Shown here piece after piece: positions 17,049 through 25,525 of a stretch of DNA of 28,016 nucleotides (its first letter is position 1; every line of letters starts with the position of its first letter). This stretch comes from an uncultured archaeon (GTDB lineage: Archaea; Aenigmatarchaeota; Aenigmatarchaeia; QMZS01). A model generated the notes under the pieces. That model was not told the origin of the DNA, ran no database searches, and saw only the letters and a list, made by a program, of their open reading frames with translations. Location: assembly GCA_964498505.1 (NCBI GenBank), contig CAZCGS010000001.1, forward strand, positions 1 to 28,016, given 5' to 3'. Made by a program: the position numbers and the translations under genes.

Positions 17049-17067
17049 TATTTAAAAATTTAAATAA
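17048..17067. repeat. 20-bp repeat, copy 3 (identical to copy 1)
   Basis: ATATTTAAAAATTTAAATAA, ending 10 nt upstream of the rpo3 ATG. Confidence 0.9.
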
Positions 17068-17077
17068 AAACTTCTTA

Positions 17078-17659
17078 ATGGATATTAAGGTCCTTGAGGA
17101 TAATAGCCAGAAATTTGTGGTTGAGTTGAAAAATACAACGCCTTCCTTTGCAAATGCTATAAGAAGAATAATAATATCGGAAATTCCTGTTCTGGCGATA
17201 GAAGAGGTTGAGATAAGGGAAAATAACTCCGCATTGCAGGATGAACTGCTCGCAAACAGGCTTGGATTGATTCCCTTAAAATATCCGGTAAATAAGGTAG
17301 AAAAGCTTGACGGAGCAACCTTCTCTCTAAAAAAGGAAGGACCCTGCATAGTAAAGGCTGAGGATATAGTTTCTGATAACAAGGAAATTTCAGTTCTATA
17401 TCCTAACATACCCGTAGTTGTCCTGGCAGAAAAGCAAGAATTGGATTTAAGGATGGTGGCAAGGGTGAATAAGGGTAAGGAGCATGCCAAGTGGCAGGGA
17501 GGAATTGTTGGATATAAGAGTGATGAAAGCGAGAAAAATTTTGTGCTGGAAATAGAAAGCTGCTCAGCCTATACTCCAAAAGAGCTTTTCATAAAAAGCT
17601 TGGAAATACTTAGAGATAAGGCAAATTCCTTTGCAAAAGAGTTTGAGAAGTTAAAATAG
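17078..17659 (+). CDS. rpo3: DNA-directed RNA polymerase subunit D (Rpo3), short form without the ferredoxin-like domain
   Basis: FANAIRRIIISEIP, ENNSALQDELLANRLGLIP and GKEHAKWQ; 193 aa. Confidence 0.95.
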   Translation: MDIKVLEDNSQKFVVELKNTTPSFANAIRRIIISEIPVLAIEEVEIRENNSALQDELLANRLGLIPLKYPVNKVEKLDGATFSLKKEGPCIVKAEDIVSDNKEISVLYPNIPVVVLAEKQELDLRMVARVNKGKEHAKWQGGIVGYKSDESEKNFVLEIESCSAYTPKELFIKSLEILRDKANSFAKEFEKLK

Positions 17660-20600
17660 CTTCCTTTTTGTTAGAAGGATAGCACCGAATAAGGTTAAGG
17701 CTAAATAGGCGTACAAATCAATTTCATCCATTTTATGCATAATTATATTAATGTAGGTCTTCTTTTTAAACAAAATATTGCCAGAAAGGTCTTTAATTAT
17801 TATCTCTACCGGATAATATCCTGCTCTTCCGGCATTCTCTATCCACACATAGGTAGAGTTTGCTCCGTAAGAATCTCCTTGCATCCTAGGTATGGTTAAG
17901 GTAATTTGGGTATTTTTCTCACCAACATCTCCCAACCAAACCCAATTTTTTGCATACCCCCCAACTTCTATGCTTACATTTACTACTTTGCTTTCATTTC
18001 CCGGGTTTTGAATTAAAATTATGAATACTCTTTTATTCTTTGTTCCCAAAGGAACATTCGCTTGCCCCGGCTTCACCAAATAAAGTTCCTTTATTAATTC
18101 TCCGCAATCTATAGTTACTTCCTGATAAAAGTAAGGATTATAAATATCTCGCCATTTATGCTTTACATAAGGTTTATAAATCCCGTACCGGGTAAAATTT
18201 ATCACCATATAAACCCTATGAATGGTGCTTTCATTATCGCAGGAAAGCCTGGAGCTATCTATCAAAGCCTCCCAGTAGTTGGTTAGCCCGTTAAAGCTCA
18301 TATTTTCCCAAGGAATTTCTTCATCTTCTTCCTCTGTGTTTATATTGTACTTGGTAACCCTGAATTTTGCATAGGAATTGTTATCTGAAGCTAAAAACTC
18401 GAATGCCTGAATTTTTTCCCATTTATCGAAATCCATATCTCCAACCAAATAACCTTTAACCTTAATTTCCAAAGGCTCTGTCCTCATCACTATCTTAGGA
18501 ACCTTCCAATCAACCAAATCAATCGCGGCAACCCGGTATGAGACAAATCCTCCTTCGGCAATTGAGAAATTAAGTTTGTTTGGCGTCTGGTTATAAAAAC
18601 TTCCGTTAAAATAAGGCCAGAAGTAATGAAGTTCGGCTGTATAATTATACAAACCTAAAACCCAATGGCTTTTTCCTAAAAAGTAAGAGAAATTTCCAGT
18701 TTTGTTCTTAGGTAAATTTACCCAGGAAGTTGGGTCAGAATAGTTTAACGATACATGCAATTCTCTTGTAGGATTTTGGGAAGCTCTGGAAAATACCATT
18801 ATCCTTGTCTGGTTCCATAGCCTTCCGTGCCATCCTAAATTTCCATTGTTTGTAAAGTTTATCACATACCACACATTGTCCAAAGGATTCACCCATTTAT
18901 CCTTATCTGTTATGTTTATCGAATTTATGGTTCCGTTGAGCGTAATATTATAATCAAAGTATCCTGAGACATTATATTCGTTGGTTATTATGTATCTCAG
19001 GGAAGTCGTCTTATTCAGAAGTTTTAAATCGAGAATAAAGCAAGAAAAATTATATCCACTTAAGTTGCAATCGTCAGAAGAGAAAGGTTTTATTCCGCAA
19101 GACTCTATAGAACCGTTATAGGAACAATTTTGAGCGGAGATTTTGAACAACGGTTGGTTATTGGAAATTAGCTTGGCTTCCCCTTCTGCATAGGCAAATG
19201 TTGTATTGTTTATTATCTCAAAATCCCCTATTATTATATCCTCAACCTTAAACAAATCATTGTTTGTATCGAAATCGGAGATTACCTTCAAGCTGGAATT
19301 ATCCCTAACAATTATCTCCAAATCAAAGTACCCCAAATCTCCATCCGACATGGAGTTCGGAGCATTGAACCAGCACCTTGCAAAAAAAGTCCCTGTAGAT
19401 TTATTTGTAAGGTTCATTTCTTTATCAACACAATTTGTTACAGTATTTCCTCCATAAGTATTGCCTTCATCACTCCTAAATCTTAAGGTAATATAAAGCT
19501 TTTCTGAATCGCTGTAAATAGCATCCAAATCCTTTGCGGTTATGTTGAAATACATTATATCTGCGGTTTGAGGTGCATCCTTATTTCTATCTATGATTTT
19601 ATTTCCGTCCTTATTTCCGAACCAGGTAAGGTTTATACCGTAGGGCGGAGAATTTATTATTTTGTACCAGGAATCATAGCAGCTTTCACCTGGAAAACAA
19701 ACATCTAAAGCATCGGCCCAAAATTCTCCGTAAGAGTTATCATTGTCCGAATCAACATTTGTATCTCTAATATGCGGTATTATATTTAAAATTCCAGGCC
19801 CGAAAAGATATGCCTCCTTTTCCAAGGATAGGGTTTTCTGCTCTGAAACATCTAACTGGAACTCCGGAGTATCTAAAGTTTCCTCTGCCGAGCTTCCCGA
19901 AAAGTTAGCTCCAATAACAGCATGTTTTAAATCATAATCCGGCTCTGCCCTAACAGTTATATTAACCCTTGCTGTTTGGTTAACTCTAAGGTCATGGGTC
20001 AGAGAATGGGCTATGATTGCATCTATTTTTATTTCTGGGGTAGGGACTAGCTGGATGTATTTTACATTAGAAGAAAAATTTTTAATCGTAAAATTGTTAA
20101 TAGTAAAATCATCATCACTAGGAGAAGATGTTTCACCAATATAGACATGAGCGCTTCCATTAACATAAAACTCTATCCAGCCACTTGGCAAAACCCTTTC
20201 AAATTCAAAGGTAATGCTAAAGTTTCCCTTTGCATACCTTCCGTCCTTAGGACCTAAGGCAAAGCTTGCATTTTCCCATCTCGTCTCATCATAATCAGAA
20301 GTTATGTTAGAAAGCCAGTAATAGCAGGGAATTGTTGCGTTTGCTTTTATTATTTCTGCCTTTATTTTAGGCAACCCTGCTCCTATCCCTCCATCCAAAT
20401 AAGGAGGACCTGAGCTTTTGGCCATGCAGAATATCTCCCTTTTAGTGCTTAGCCGGGGTTCTAAAGAGCCTTTAAACTCTATTACAAAATCTCCGTTAGT
20501 GTCTGTGGTTGTTTCCTGATAGGTATTTGAGTTCTCACCATAATCAAATTGGGAAGAAAAGTTGTTTCCATTTAAGGAGCAATGAACTTTAGCATTAGAC

Positions 20601-22789
20601 AAAGAAGAATTTCCAGAAATCTTTTTTACCTTTCCCTCTATTTTAACATGATTCGTCTTTTTTGTTGGAATCGAAAAGGTTATGGAAAGGTCGTTAACCT
20701 TAAAAAGGTCGTCCTTGGTTACGGAATCGGTTAATCCTTCTTTATCCTTAGCCACAATCACAACATCATAATAGCCTAGCTCCGCATCATCCTTAGGGTT
20801 ATAATCATGATAGCAACTCCAGTTATTTGCGTCTAAGTAAGAGCATGTCATCTGGACCGAGTTTACAGGATTTCCATTTTGATCCTTTGCAATTGTTGTC
20901 CCGTCCGGTTCATAGATTGTTATATAAACTCCCTCCATATCCCAATTATTCTGATCATAAACCTCCACCGATACCCTAACTTTATCTGTTGTCCCTGAAG
21001 TTTCCTTATCCCTATCTATTTCATCATAATCTACCTCAACAAACTTAATAGCAGGATAGGCATACCACTTTCCAGAGTTACAGTACTCCTTTACTCCATC
21101 TCCGTCTATATCGCTTGAGGTTCCGTTTAAATAACAAGCATTATTCCAAACACAATCATCGCTATGGGCGCAACAGGCTTTAGTATCGCCCGAGCAGAAG
21201 CAGGCACTTAAATTGCAGGAGCAGGTTATAGCATATTCGTTAGCATCGTCTCCGCAGCAAGTATTTGGAGAGGAAGCACAATCTCCGCTAGAGCAACCCC
21301 ATTGCCAGTTTAAAGCACATGTCCCACAAGTGTTGGAATTTGTATCTGGATCATAATCCTTGTAAGTGCAAGATTCATACACCCCATTCCCATTTACATC
21401 AAGTACAATCGCCTCTTTGTAAATAGCGCCAACTTTTCCAGCACCAGAGCAATAATCTGAAATTAGACTTCCAGCAGACTTGTTAGTGCAATAATCAGGA
21501 TTTGAGTCGGAGCAATACCCTTCTTTCCCAGGCTTGCAGTATCCATTTATTGAAGAATCATCCCCATCGCTATCAAACGCTGCAACATCATAGTCCCTGC
21601 AATCTTTTATTCCAGTAATATAACTGCTCCCACTTGCACAGTATTCAGTTAGATTGTACCCACTGCAACTATCATAGTAGGTATTATAAGTACAAGAACC
21701 GTCAGAACAGGTAATATAATCATATATGTATCCTCCGGTTGTATAATCCCAGCAACCATCAGATTCATAAGTATTCTTTAATGCGCAATCTTCCACAATT
21801 GGACCCCATACATAAGTACAGGTGCTAGTATTTGGAATTACATAATAATCCTTATAAGCTCTAATCTCAGAGCCGTTACAGGTATAACTGCAAATATCAG
21901 ACCAATCGCAATTTTTAGTTGAGCAATATTCTGTTGTGTAAGTACAACTGCCTGCAGAATTTACATAATAATCTCTTTCTTGAGAAGAAGGATCGCTACC
22001 ACAGCCTTCTATATTTCCTCCGCCATACCATCCATCATAAGGATCATCACAGTCTTTTATTGAAGTAACTGAATATGTGCAAACACCGTCAGAACAAAAA
22101 TAATCCCAGTATTCTGCAGTTGGGTCATCCATATTTGAGCAACCAGGGCCATAATCTCCATAGTTACGCCAACCATCATAATTATCACAATTTGTGCAAT
22201 TCCCTGCATAATCGCAATTTCCGGAGCCATCACAATAACCCTGGCAGGAGTAGTTACCACCTGCACCATAACCGTTATCTCCAAGGGTCGAGCATTTAAA
22301 TGTAGGATTGCAAAGATGGTCCGAACCAAGGTTGGTATGGGTACAATAGGCACTGGGCTGTCCCGGATTCTTGCAAGTATCTTGAGTACATGGCTTACCA
22401 TCATCGCAATCGCTATCATCAAAACAAGCTATTTCCTGGCATTGGCAGGAAGCATCGCAGTAGTAACCGTTTTCACACTTAGAATTGTTTGGAGTAACTT
22501 CCCAACCAGAGTCTGTGCAGGAGCAATCGCAGCATCCATCGCAACCTGCCGGCTTATCTTCGGAATTTGCGTAATAGCATGCAGAAACACCCCAATCCGG
22601 AAAATAAGTGCAATTAGTAAAACCATAGCAACATTTATTGCTATCCCATGGTTTTATTGTAGAAGAAGGACATGAGATAGAGGAGCAGCTTCCCGAATAT
22701 ATCCTGCAAATATAATCGCATTTCGATATGTTCAAAAGAAGCAAGAAGCCGATAAAAATCAAAATTAGCCTTATCCTACCTCGAACCAT
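17651..22789 (-). CDS. Giant (1712 aa) membrane-anchored surface glycoprotein: signal peptide, Cys-rich N-terminal region, Ig-like modules, C-terminal TM helix plus basic tail
   Basis: Hydrophobic N-terminus; about 550 aa rich in Cys/Asp/Tyr; duplicated Ig-like module; many N-x-S/T sequons; ends YAYLALTLFGAILLTKRKLF. Confidence 0.88.
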   Translation of the reverse strand: MVRGRIRLILIFIGFLLLLNISKCDYICRIYSGSCSSISCPSSTIKPWDSNKCCYGFTNCTYFPDWGVSACYYANSEDKPAGCDGCCDCSCTDSGWEVTPNNSKCENGYYCDASCQCQEIACFDDSDCDDGKPCTQDTCKNPGQPSAYCTHTNLGSDHLCNPTFKCSTLGDNGYGAGGNYSCQGYCDGSGNCDYAGNCTNCDNYDGWRNYGDYGPGCSNMDDPTAEYWDYFCSDGVCTYSVTSIKDCDDPYDGWYGGGNIEGCGSDPSSQERDYYVNSAGSCTYTTEYCSTKNCDWSDICSYTCNGSEIRAYKDYYVIPNTSTCTYVWGPIVEDCALKNTYESDGCWDYTTGGYIYDYITCSDGSCTYNTYYDSCSGYNLTEYCASGSSYITGIKDCRDYDVAAFDSDGDDSSINGYCKPGKEGYCSDSNPDYCTNKSAGSLISDYCSGAGKVGAIYKEAIVLDVNGNGVYESCTYKDYDPDTNSNTCGTCALNWQWGCSSGDCASSPNTCCGDDANEYAITCSCNLSACFCSGDTKACCAHSDDCVWNNACYLNGTSSDIDGDGVKEYCNSGKWYAYPAIKFVEVDYDEIDRDKETSGTTDKVRVSVEVYDQNNWDMEGVYITIYEPDGTTIAKDQNGNPVNSVQMTCSYLDANNWSCYHDYNPKDDAELGYYDVVIVAKDKEGLTDSVTKDDLFKVNDLSITFSIPTKKTNHVKIEGKVKKISGNSSLSNAKVHCSLNGNNFSSQFDYGENSNTYQETTTDTNGDFVIEFKGSLEPRLSTKREIFCMAKSSGPPYLDGGIGAGLPKIKAEIIKANATIPCYYWLSNITSDYDETRWENASFALGPKDGRYAKGNFSITFEFERVLPSGWIEFYVNGSAHVYIGETSSPSDDDFTINNFTIKNFSSNVKYIQLVPTPEIKIDAIIAHSLTHDLRVNQTARVNITVRAEPDYDLKHAVIGANFSGSSAEETLDTPEFQLDVSEQKTLSLEKEAYLFGPGILNIIPHIRDTNVDSDNDNSYGEFWADALDVCFPGESCYDSWYKIINSPPYGINLTWFGNKDGNKIIDRNKDAPQTADIMYFNITAKDLDAIYSDSEKLYITLRFRSDEGNTYGGNTVTNCVDKEMNLTNKSTGTFFARCWFNAPNSMSDGDLGYFDLEIIVRDNSSLKVISDFDTNNDLFKVEDIIIGDFEIINNTTFAYAEGEAKLISNNQPLFKISAQNCSYNGSIESCGIKPFSSDDCNLSGYNFSCFILDLKLLNKTTSLRYIITNEYNVSGYFDYNITLNGTINSINITDKDKWVNPLDNVWYVINFTNNGNLGWHGRLWNQTRIMVFSRASQNPTRELHVSLNYSDPTSWVNLPKNKTGNFSYFLGKSHWVLGLYNYTAELHYFWPYFNGSFYNQTPNKLNFSIAEGGFVSYRVAAIDLVDWKVPKIVMRTEPLEIKVKGYLVGDMDFDKWEKIQAFEFLASDNNSYAKFRVTKYNINTEEEDEEIPWENMSFNGLTNYWEALIDSSRLSCDNESTIHRVYMVINFTRYGIYKPYVKHKWRDIYNPYFYQEVTIDCGELIKELYLVKPGQANVPLGTKNKRVFIILIQNPGNESKVVNVSIEVGGYAKNWVWLGDVGEKNTQITLTIPRMQGDSYGANSTYVWIENAGRAGYYPVEIIIKDLSGNILFKKKTYINIIMHKMDEIDLYAYLALTLFGAILLTKRKLF

Positions 22790-23367
22790 ATTTTATTTTT
22801 AATTCCATAGCCTAAAAAATCTTTACATCGGAAGGAAAATAGAGGTTCTTTAACAAAAAGCATGGTGCAGTTTCCTAAGGTTGAGTTCCAAAATTCAAAA
22901 ATTTCATCTCTATCGGAAGTGTTGAAAGTAAAATAAACAGTTTTTCCGGCTTGGTCAAACTCTGCCTTTATATTATCTTTGCATCTCCAAAATGATTCGG
23001 TTCCGCATTCGCAATCAAGGATGGATGAAATTCCTAAGGAGTAAAATTTTAAAAGATAGGTAAGGTTTTGAGTTCCCTCAATGCTCGGCTTTCCATAAGG
23101 ATTTGCTTCCTCTTTATTTCTTCCCGCAAATACATAACCGAAACAAACTTTTATTCCCTCTCCATTGCAAAGGTAGCAAACTCTTTGGTTTTCAATCTCC
23201 GCACCCTTAGGAGAGCAATTAATTCCCCTTAGGTAAAGGTTAACATATCCATCCATGTAGGAGGTAAATTTTAATTCCTTAGGACCTTTTTGAAGCTCGG
23301 AATTCAATTTCAAGCCTATCAAAAAGAGAAGGAAAAATAGTAAGGCCAGAGCAATCTTTTTTTCCAT
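22771..23367 (-). CDS. Secreted or N-anchored Cys-containing hypothetical protein, 198 aa
   Basis: MEKK followed by a hydrophobic stretch. Overlaps the giant gene by 19 nt and starts 3 nt after the rpl40e stop. Confidence 0.78.
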   Translation of the reverse strand: MEKKIALALLFFLLFLIGLKLNSELQKGPKELKFTSYMDGYVNLYLRGINCSPKGAEIENQRVCYLCNGEGIKVCFGYVFAGRNKEEANPYGKPSIEGTQNLTYLLKFYSLGISSILDCECGTESFWRCKDNIKAEFDQAGKTVYFTFNTSDRDEIFEFWNSTLGNCTMLFVKEPLFSFRCKDFLGYGIKNKIWFEVG

Positions 23368-23370
23368 AAT

Positions 23371-23550
23371 TTACTTCTTCCTTCCTTTAGAAATAGGCCT
23401 AAAGCTTCTGCTTGCCTTACAATATCTGCAAACAATTTTCTTCTGCATGATTTTCTGAGGGTTGGCTCTAATCCTCCTTTTGCACTTGTGGCAAACAAAT
23501 ACATTTTTATAAAGCCTGTTTATAACCTCTTTTGCCAAAGGCTTTGCCAT
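23371..23550 (-). CDS. rpl40e: 50S ribosomal protein eL40 (L40e), 59 aa; absent from the ORF track
   Basis: MAKPLAKEVINRLYKNVFVCHKCKRRIRANPQKIMQKKIVCRYCKASRSFRPISKGRKK*. Zinc ribbon CxxC...CxxC, basic, ending in RP. TTTAAATT at -27. Confidence 0.88.
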   Translation of the reverse strand: MAKPLAKEVINRLYKNVFVCHKCKRRIRANPQKIMQKKIVCRYCKASRSFRPISKGRKK

Positions 23551-23569
23551 AAAACTTAGAAGAAGGGAA

Positions 23570-23577
23570 AATTTAAA
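23570..23577 (-). promoter_or_regulatory. TATA box for rpl40e
   Basis: TTTAAATT at -27..-20 from the ATG at 23550. Confidence 0.6.
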
Positions 23578-23583
23578 TTAGTT

Positions 23584-24201
23584 ATGGAAAAGGCTGAGTT
23601 GATTGCAAAGTTAAAAAGAGAGGGGGTTTTGAAATCTCCAGAGATAATTAGGGCTTTTGAAAAGGTGCCAAGGGAAAGGTTTGTTCCCGCAAAGTATAAA
23701 GGGTTAGCTTATGAAGATATTCCGCTACCTATAGGCTACGGACAGACAATTTCCCAGCCAACAACCATAGCAATAATGCTTGAAGCTCTGAAGGTAAGGA
23801 AAAGGGATAAGGTGTTGGATGTAGGTTCCGGTTTGGGTTATTTAGCTGCTTTACTTGCTGAGATTGCCAAAGAAGGTAAAGTTGTGAGCATAGAGATAAT
23901 CCCAGAACTTTGGAAAAGGGCTAAGGAGAATTTAAGAAATTACAAAAATGTTGTTTGTATCTTGGGGGACGGAAGTAAGGGCTATGAGAAAAAGGCTCCT
24001 TATGATAGAATTGTTGTGTCTGCTGCAGCCAGAAAAATTCCTAAAGCCTTGATAGAGCAGCTAAAGGTTAAAGGTAGAATGGTAATTCCTGTTGGCAATC
24101 TTGAATGCCAGCATATGTATCTAATTGAAAAATTGGAAAAAGGTAGGATAAGGAAAAATTCCTTGGGCCATTTTGTTTTTGTGCCGTTAATTGAAAAATA
24201 A
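23584..24201 (+). CDS. pcm: Protein-L-isoaspartate O-methyltransferase
   Basis: VPRERFV, AYEDIPLPIGYGQTISQP, VLDVGSGLGY, APYDRI and FVFVPL. Confidence 0.96.
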   Translation: MEKAELIAKLKREGVLKSPEIIRAFEKVPRERFVPAKYKGLAYEDIPLPIGYGQTISQPTTIAIMLEALKVRKRDKVLDVGSGLGYLAALLAEIAKEGKVVSIEIIPELWKRAKENLRNYKNVVCILGDGSKGYEKKAPYDRIVVSAAARKIPKALIEQLKVKGRMVIPVGNLECQHMYLIEKLEKGRIRKNSLGHFVFVPLIEK

Positions 24202-24210
24202 ATATTAATT

Positions 24211-25188
24211 ATGAAAAAAGTATTCTGTGCATTTTTTACAAACCTGGATTTCGGGGTTAGGAAGCATAGGATAAAAATTCCCGAGGATATGTACGGAAAG
24301 GAGGTTACAATTTCAAAAAAGGAATTTGGCAGAATGTTTTTAAAGATAGATGAAGGAGAGATAAGGATTGGAGGGAATGCTGGTAATGCAGCCTTAGCCT
24401 TAAATGACTTAGGATACAAAGTTATTCTTTCATCTCCATGCAGGAATGAACTGCTTATGAAATTGCTCCAAATTTACCAAAACATTTTTGTGTGCAAGGG
24501 GAAAAAGGAGGTTAGACCGATAAAGGCTATAGAAAGGCATCCCCTTTACCTGCACCTAATCTTCAAAAAGGGGAATGAAAGGGCTATATTTACCTATGAT
24601 GAAATCTCGGAAAATTTTGTCCTTGATCAGGATTTTTGGAATAATATAGGGAAGGCAAAATACCTTTTCCTTTCTGGCTTTCATTTGATAAAGGAAAGAA
24701 GGTACAAAGAAAAAATAGATTGGCTGGTAGAAAAATTGAGGAAAAGCAAGGTAAGGATTCATTTAGAATTCGGATATGGTTATAAAACGATGATTAAGGC
24801 GTTTGAAAGGTTGGTTGAGGAAAACTTATTATTTTCGTTCGGTTTGGATAGGGAGGAGCTCGAATTCTATTTTAAAAACAATTTGGAAAAGGTTTTGGAG
24901 CCATTCTTTGAAGGAAAGGTTCAAAGGATTTTGTTTCACCGAAAAGAATTCTGCATAGTTGCGAGCAGGCATTCCTTCAAAAAAGAGAAAAAAATCCATT
25001 TGGAGGCAAATAAATACACTACAGGCTTGGTTTTGAGAAAAAAAGAGGAGCTCGTGCTTCCCAAAAAAGAATCGAAAGTTTTGGAACCAAATGTCTATCT
25101 TTTCTATAACTTTTATTCCAAAAACCCTGTATTTAGGGCCGGACTTGGAGATAGGTTTAGTGCGGTATGGTTTATAAAGGGAATTTAA
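24211..25188 (+). CDS. ADP-dependent glucokinase/phosphofructokinase family protein, compact form
   Basis: AFFTNLD, RIGGNAG, LSGFHL, IHLEFG, FGLDREEL, ILFH and NPVFRAGLGD. Confidence 0.78.
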   Translation: MKKVFCAFFTNLDFGVRKHRIKIPEDMYGKEVTISKKEFGRMFLKIDEGEIRIGGNAGNAALALNDLGYKVILSSPCRNELLMKLLQIYQNIFVCKGKKEVRPIKAIERHPLYLHLIFKKGNERAIFTYDEISENFVLDQDFWNNIGKAKYLFLSGFHLIKERRYKEKIDWLVEKLRKSKVRIHLEFGYGYKTMIKAFERLVEENLLFSFGLDREELEFYFKNNLEKVLEPFFEGKVQRILFHRKEFCIVASRHSFKKEKKIHLEANKYTTGLVLRKKEELVLPKKESKVLEPNVYLFYNFYSKNPVFRAGLGDRFSAVWFIKGI

Positions 25189-25198
25189 AAATAAAATT

Positions 25199-25525
25199 AT
25201 GATCTACAAAATCACCGGTATTAGTAAAAGTCTAAAACCAGACTCAAAAAGAGTCTTGGTATTTATTCTCTCACTTTTAATAGTATTTCTGATATTGCCT
25301 GCTTTAGGTATATACACACCGTTCTGGCATTGTGGCTGGGGCTGGGCTATTTCATGCAATCTTGTAAGTTCTGGAATAGGTTTCCCTTTTGTGTTTTATT
25401 CCTATAGTCAGGAAATTACATATTTTAGAGTAAAATTTCTGCTCTACGACTTGCTATTTTGGTATGTTGTTTCATGTTTGATAATCTATATTTATGAGAA
25501 TAAAAAATACCATGGCGCTCCTTGA
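25199..25525 (+). CDS. Small membrane protein, hypothetical, 108 aa
   Basis: Hydrophobic segments and a GIGFPF motif; in line with the pcm-kinase-htpX run. Confidence 0.65.
   Translation: MIYKITGISKSLKPDSKRVLVFILSLLIVFLILPALGIYTPFWHCGWGWAISCNLVSSGIGFPFVFYSYSQEITYFRVKFLLYDLLFWYVVSCLIIYIYENKKYHGAP

Noticed and set aside
16033-17067. The 20-bp repeats as a CRISPR array, attC sites or a dif site
   Set aside because: The ~500-bp spacers are whole genes, there are no cas genes or GTTRRRY cores, and the arm/spacer geometry (8-2-8) differs from dif (11-6-11).
17014-17490. 158-aa minus-strand ORF over rpo3
   Set aside because: Antisense shadow of rpo3.
22057-22675. Alternative-frame ORFs within the Cys-rich region
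   Set aside because: By-products of the biased codon composition of the giant gene.
23319-23504. 61-aa ORF in the track
   Set aside because: Wrong frame; the real gene here is rpl40e at 23371-23550.
16541-25509. Shared AATAAAAAATA near the 163-aa membrane gene and the htpX start, as a fourth cassette boundary
   Set aside because: An 11-bp low-complexity match without the palindromic core.
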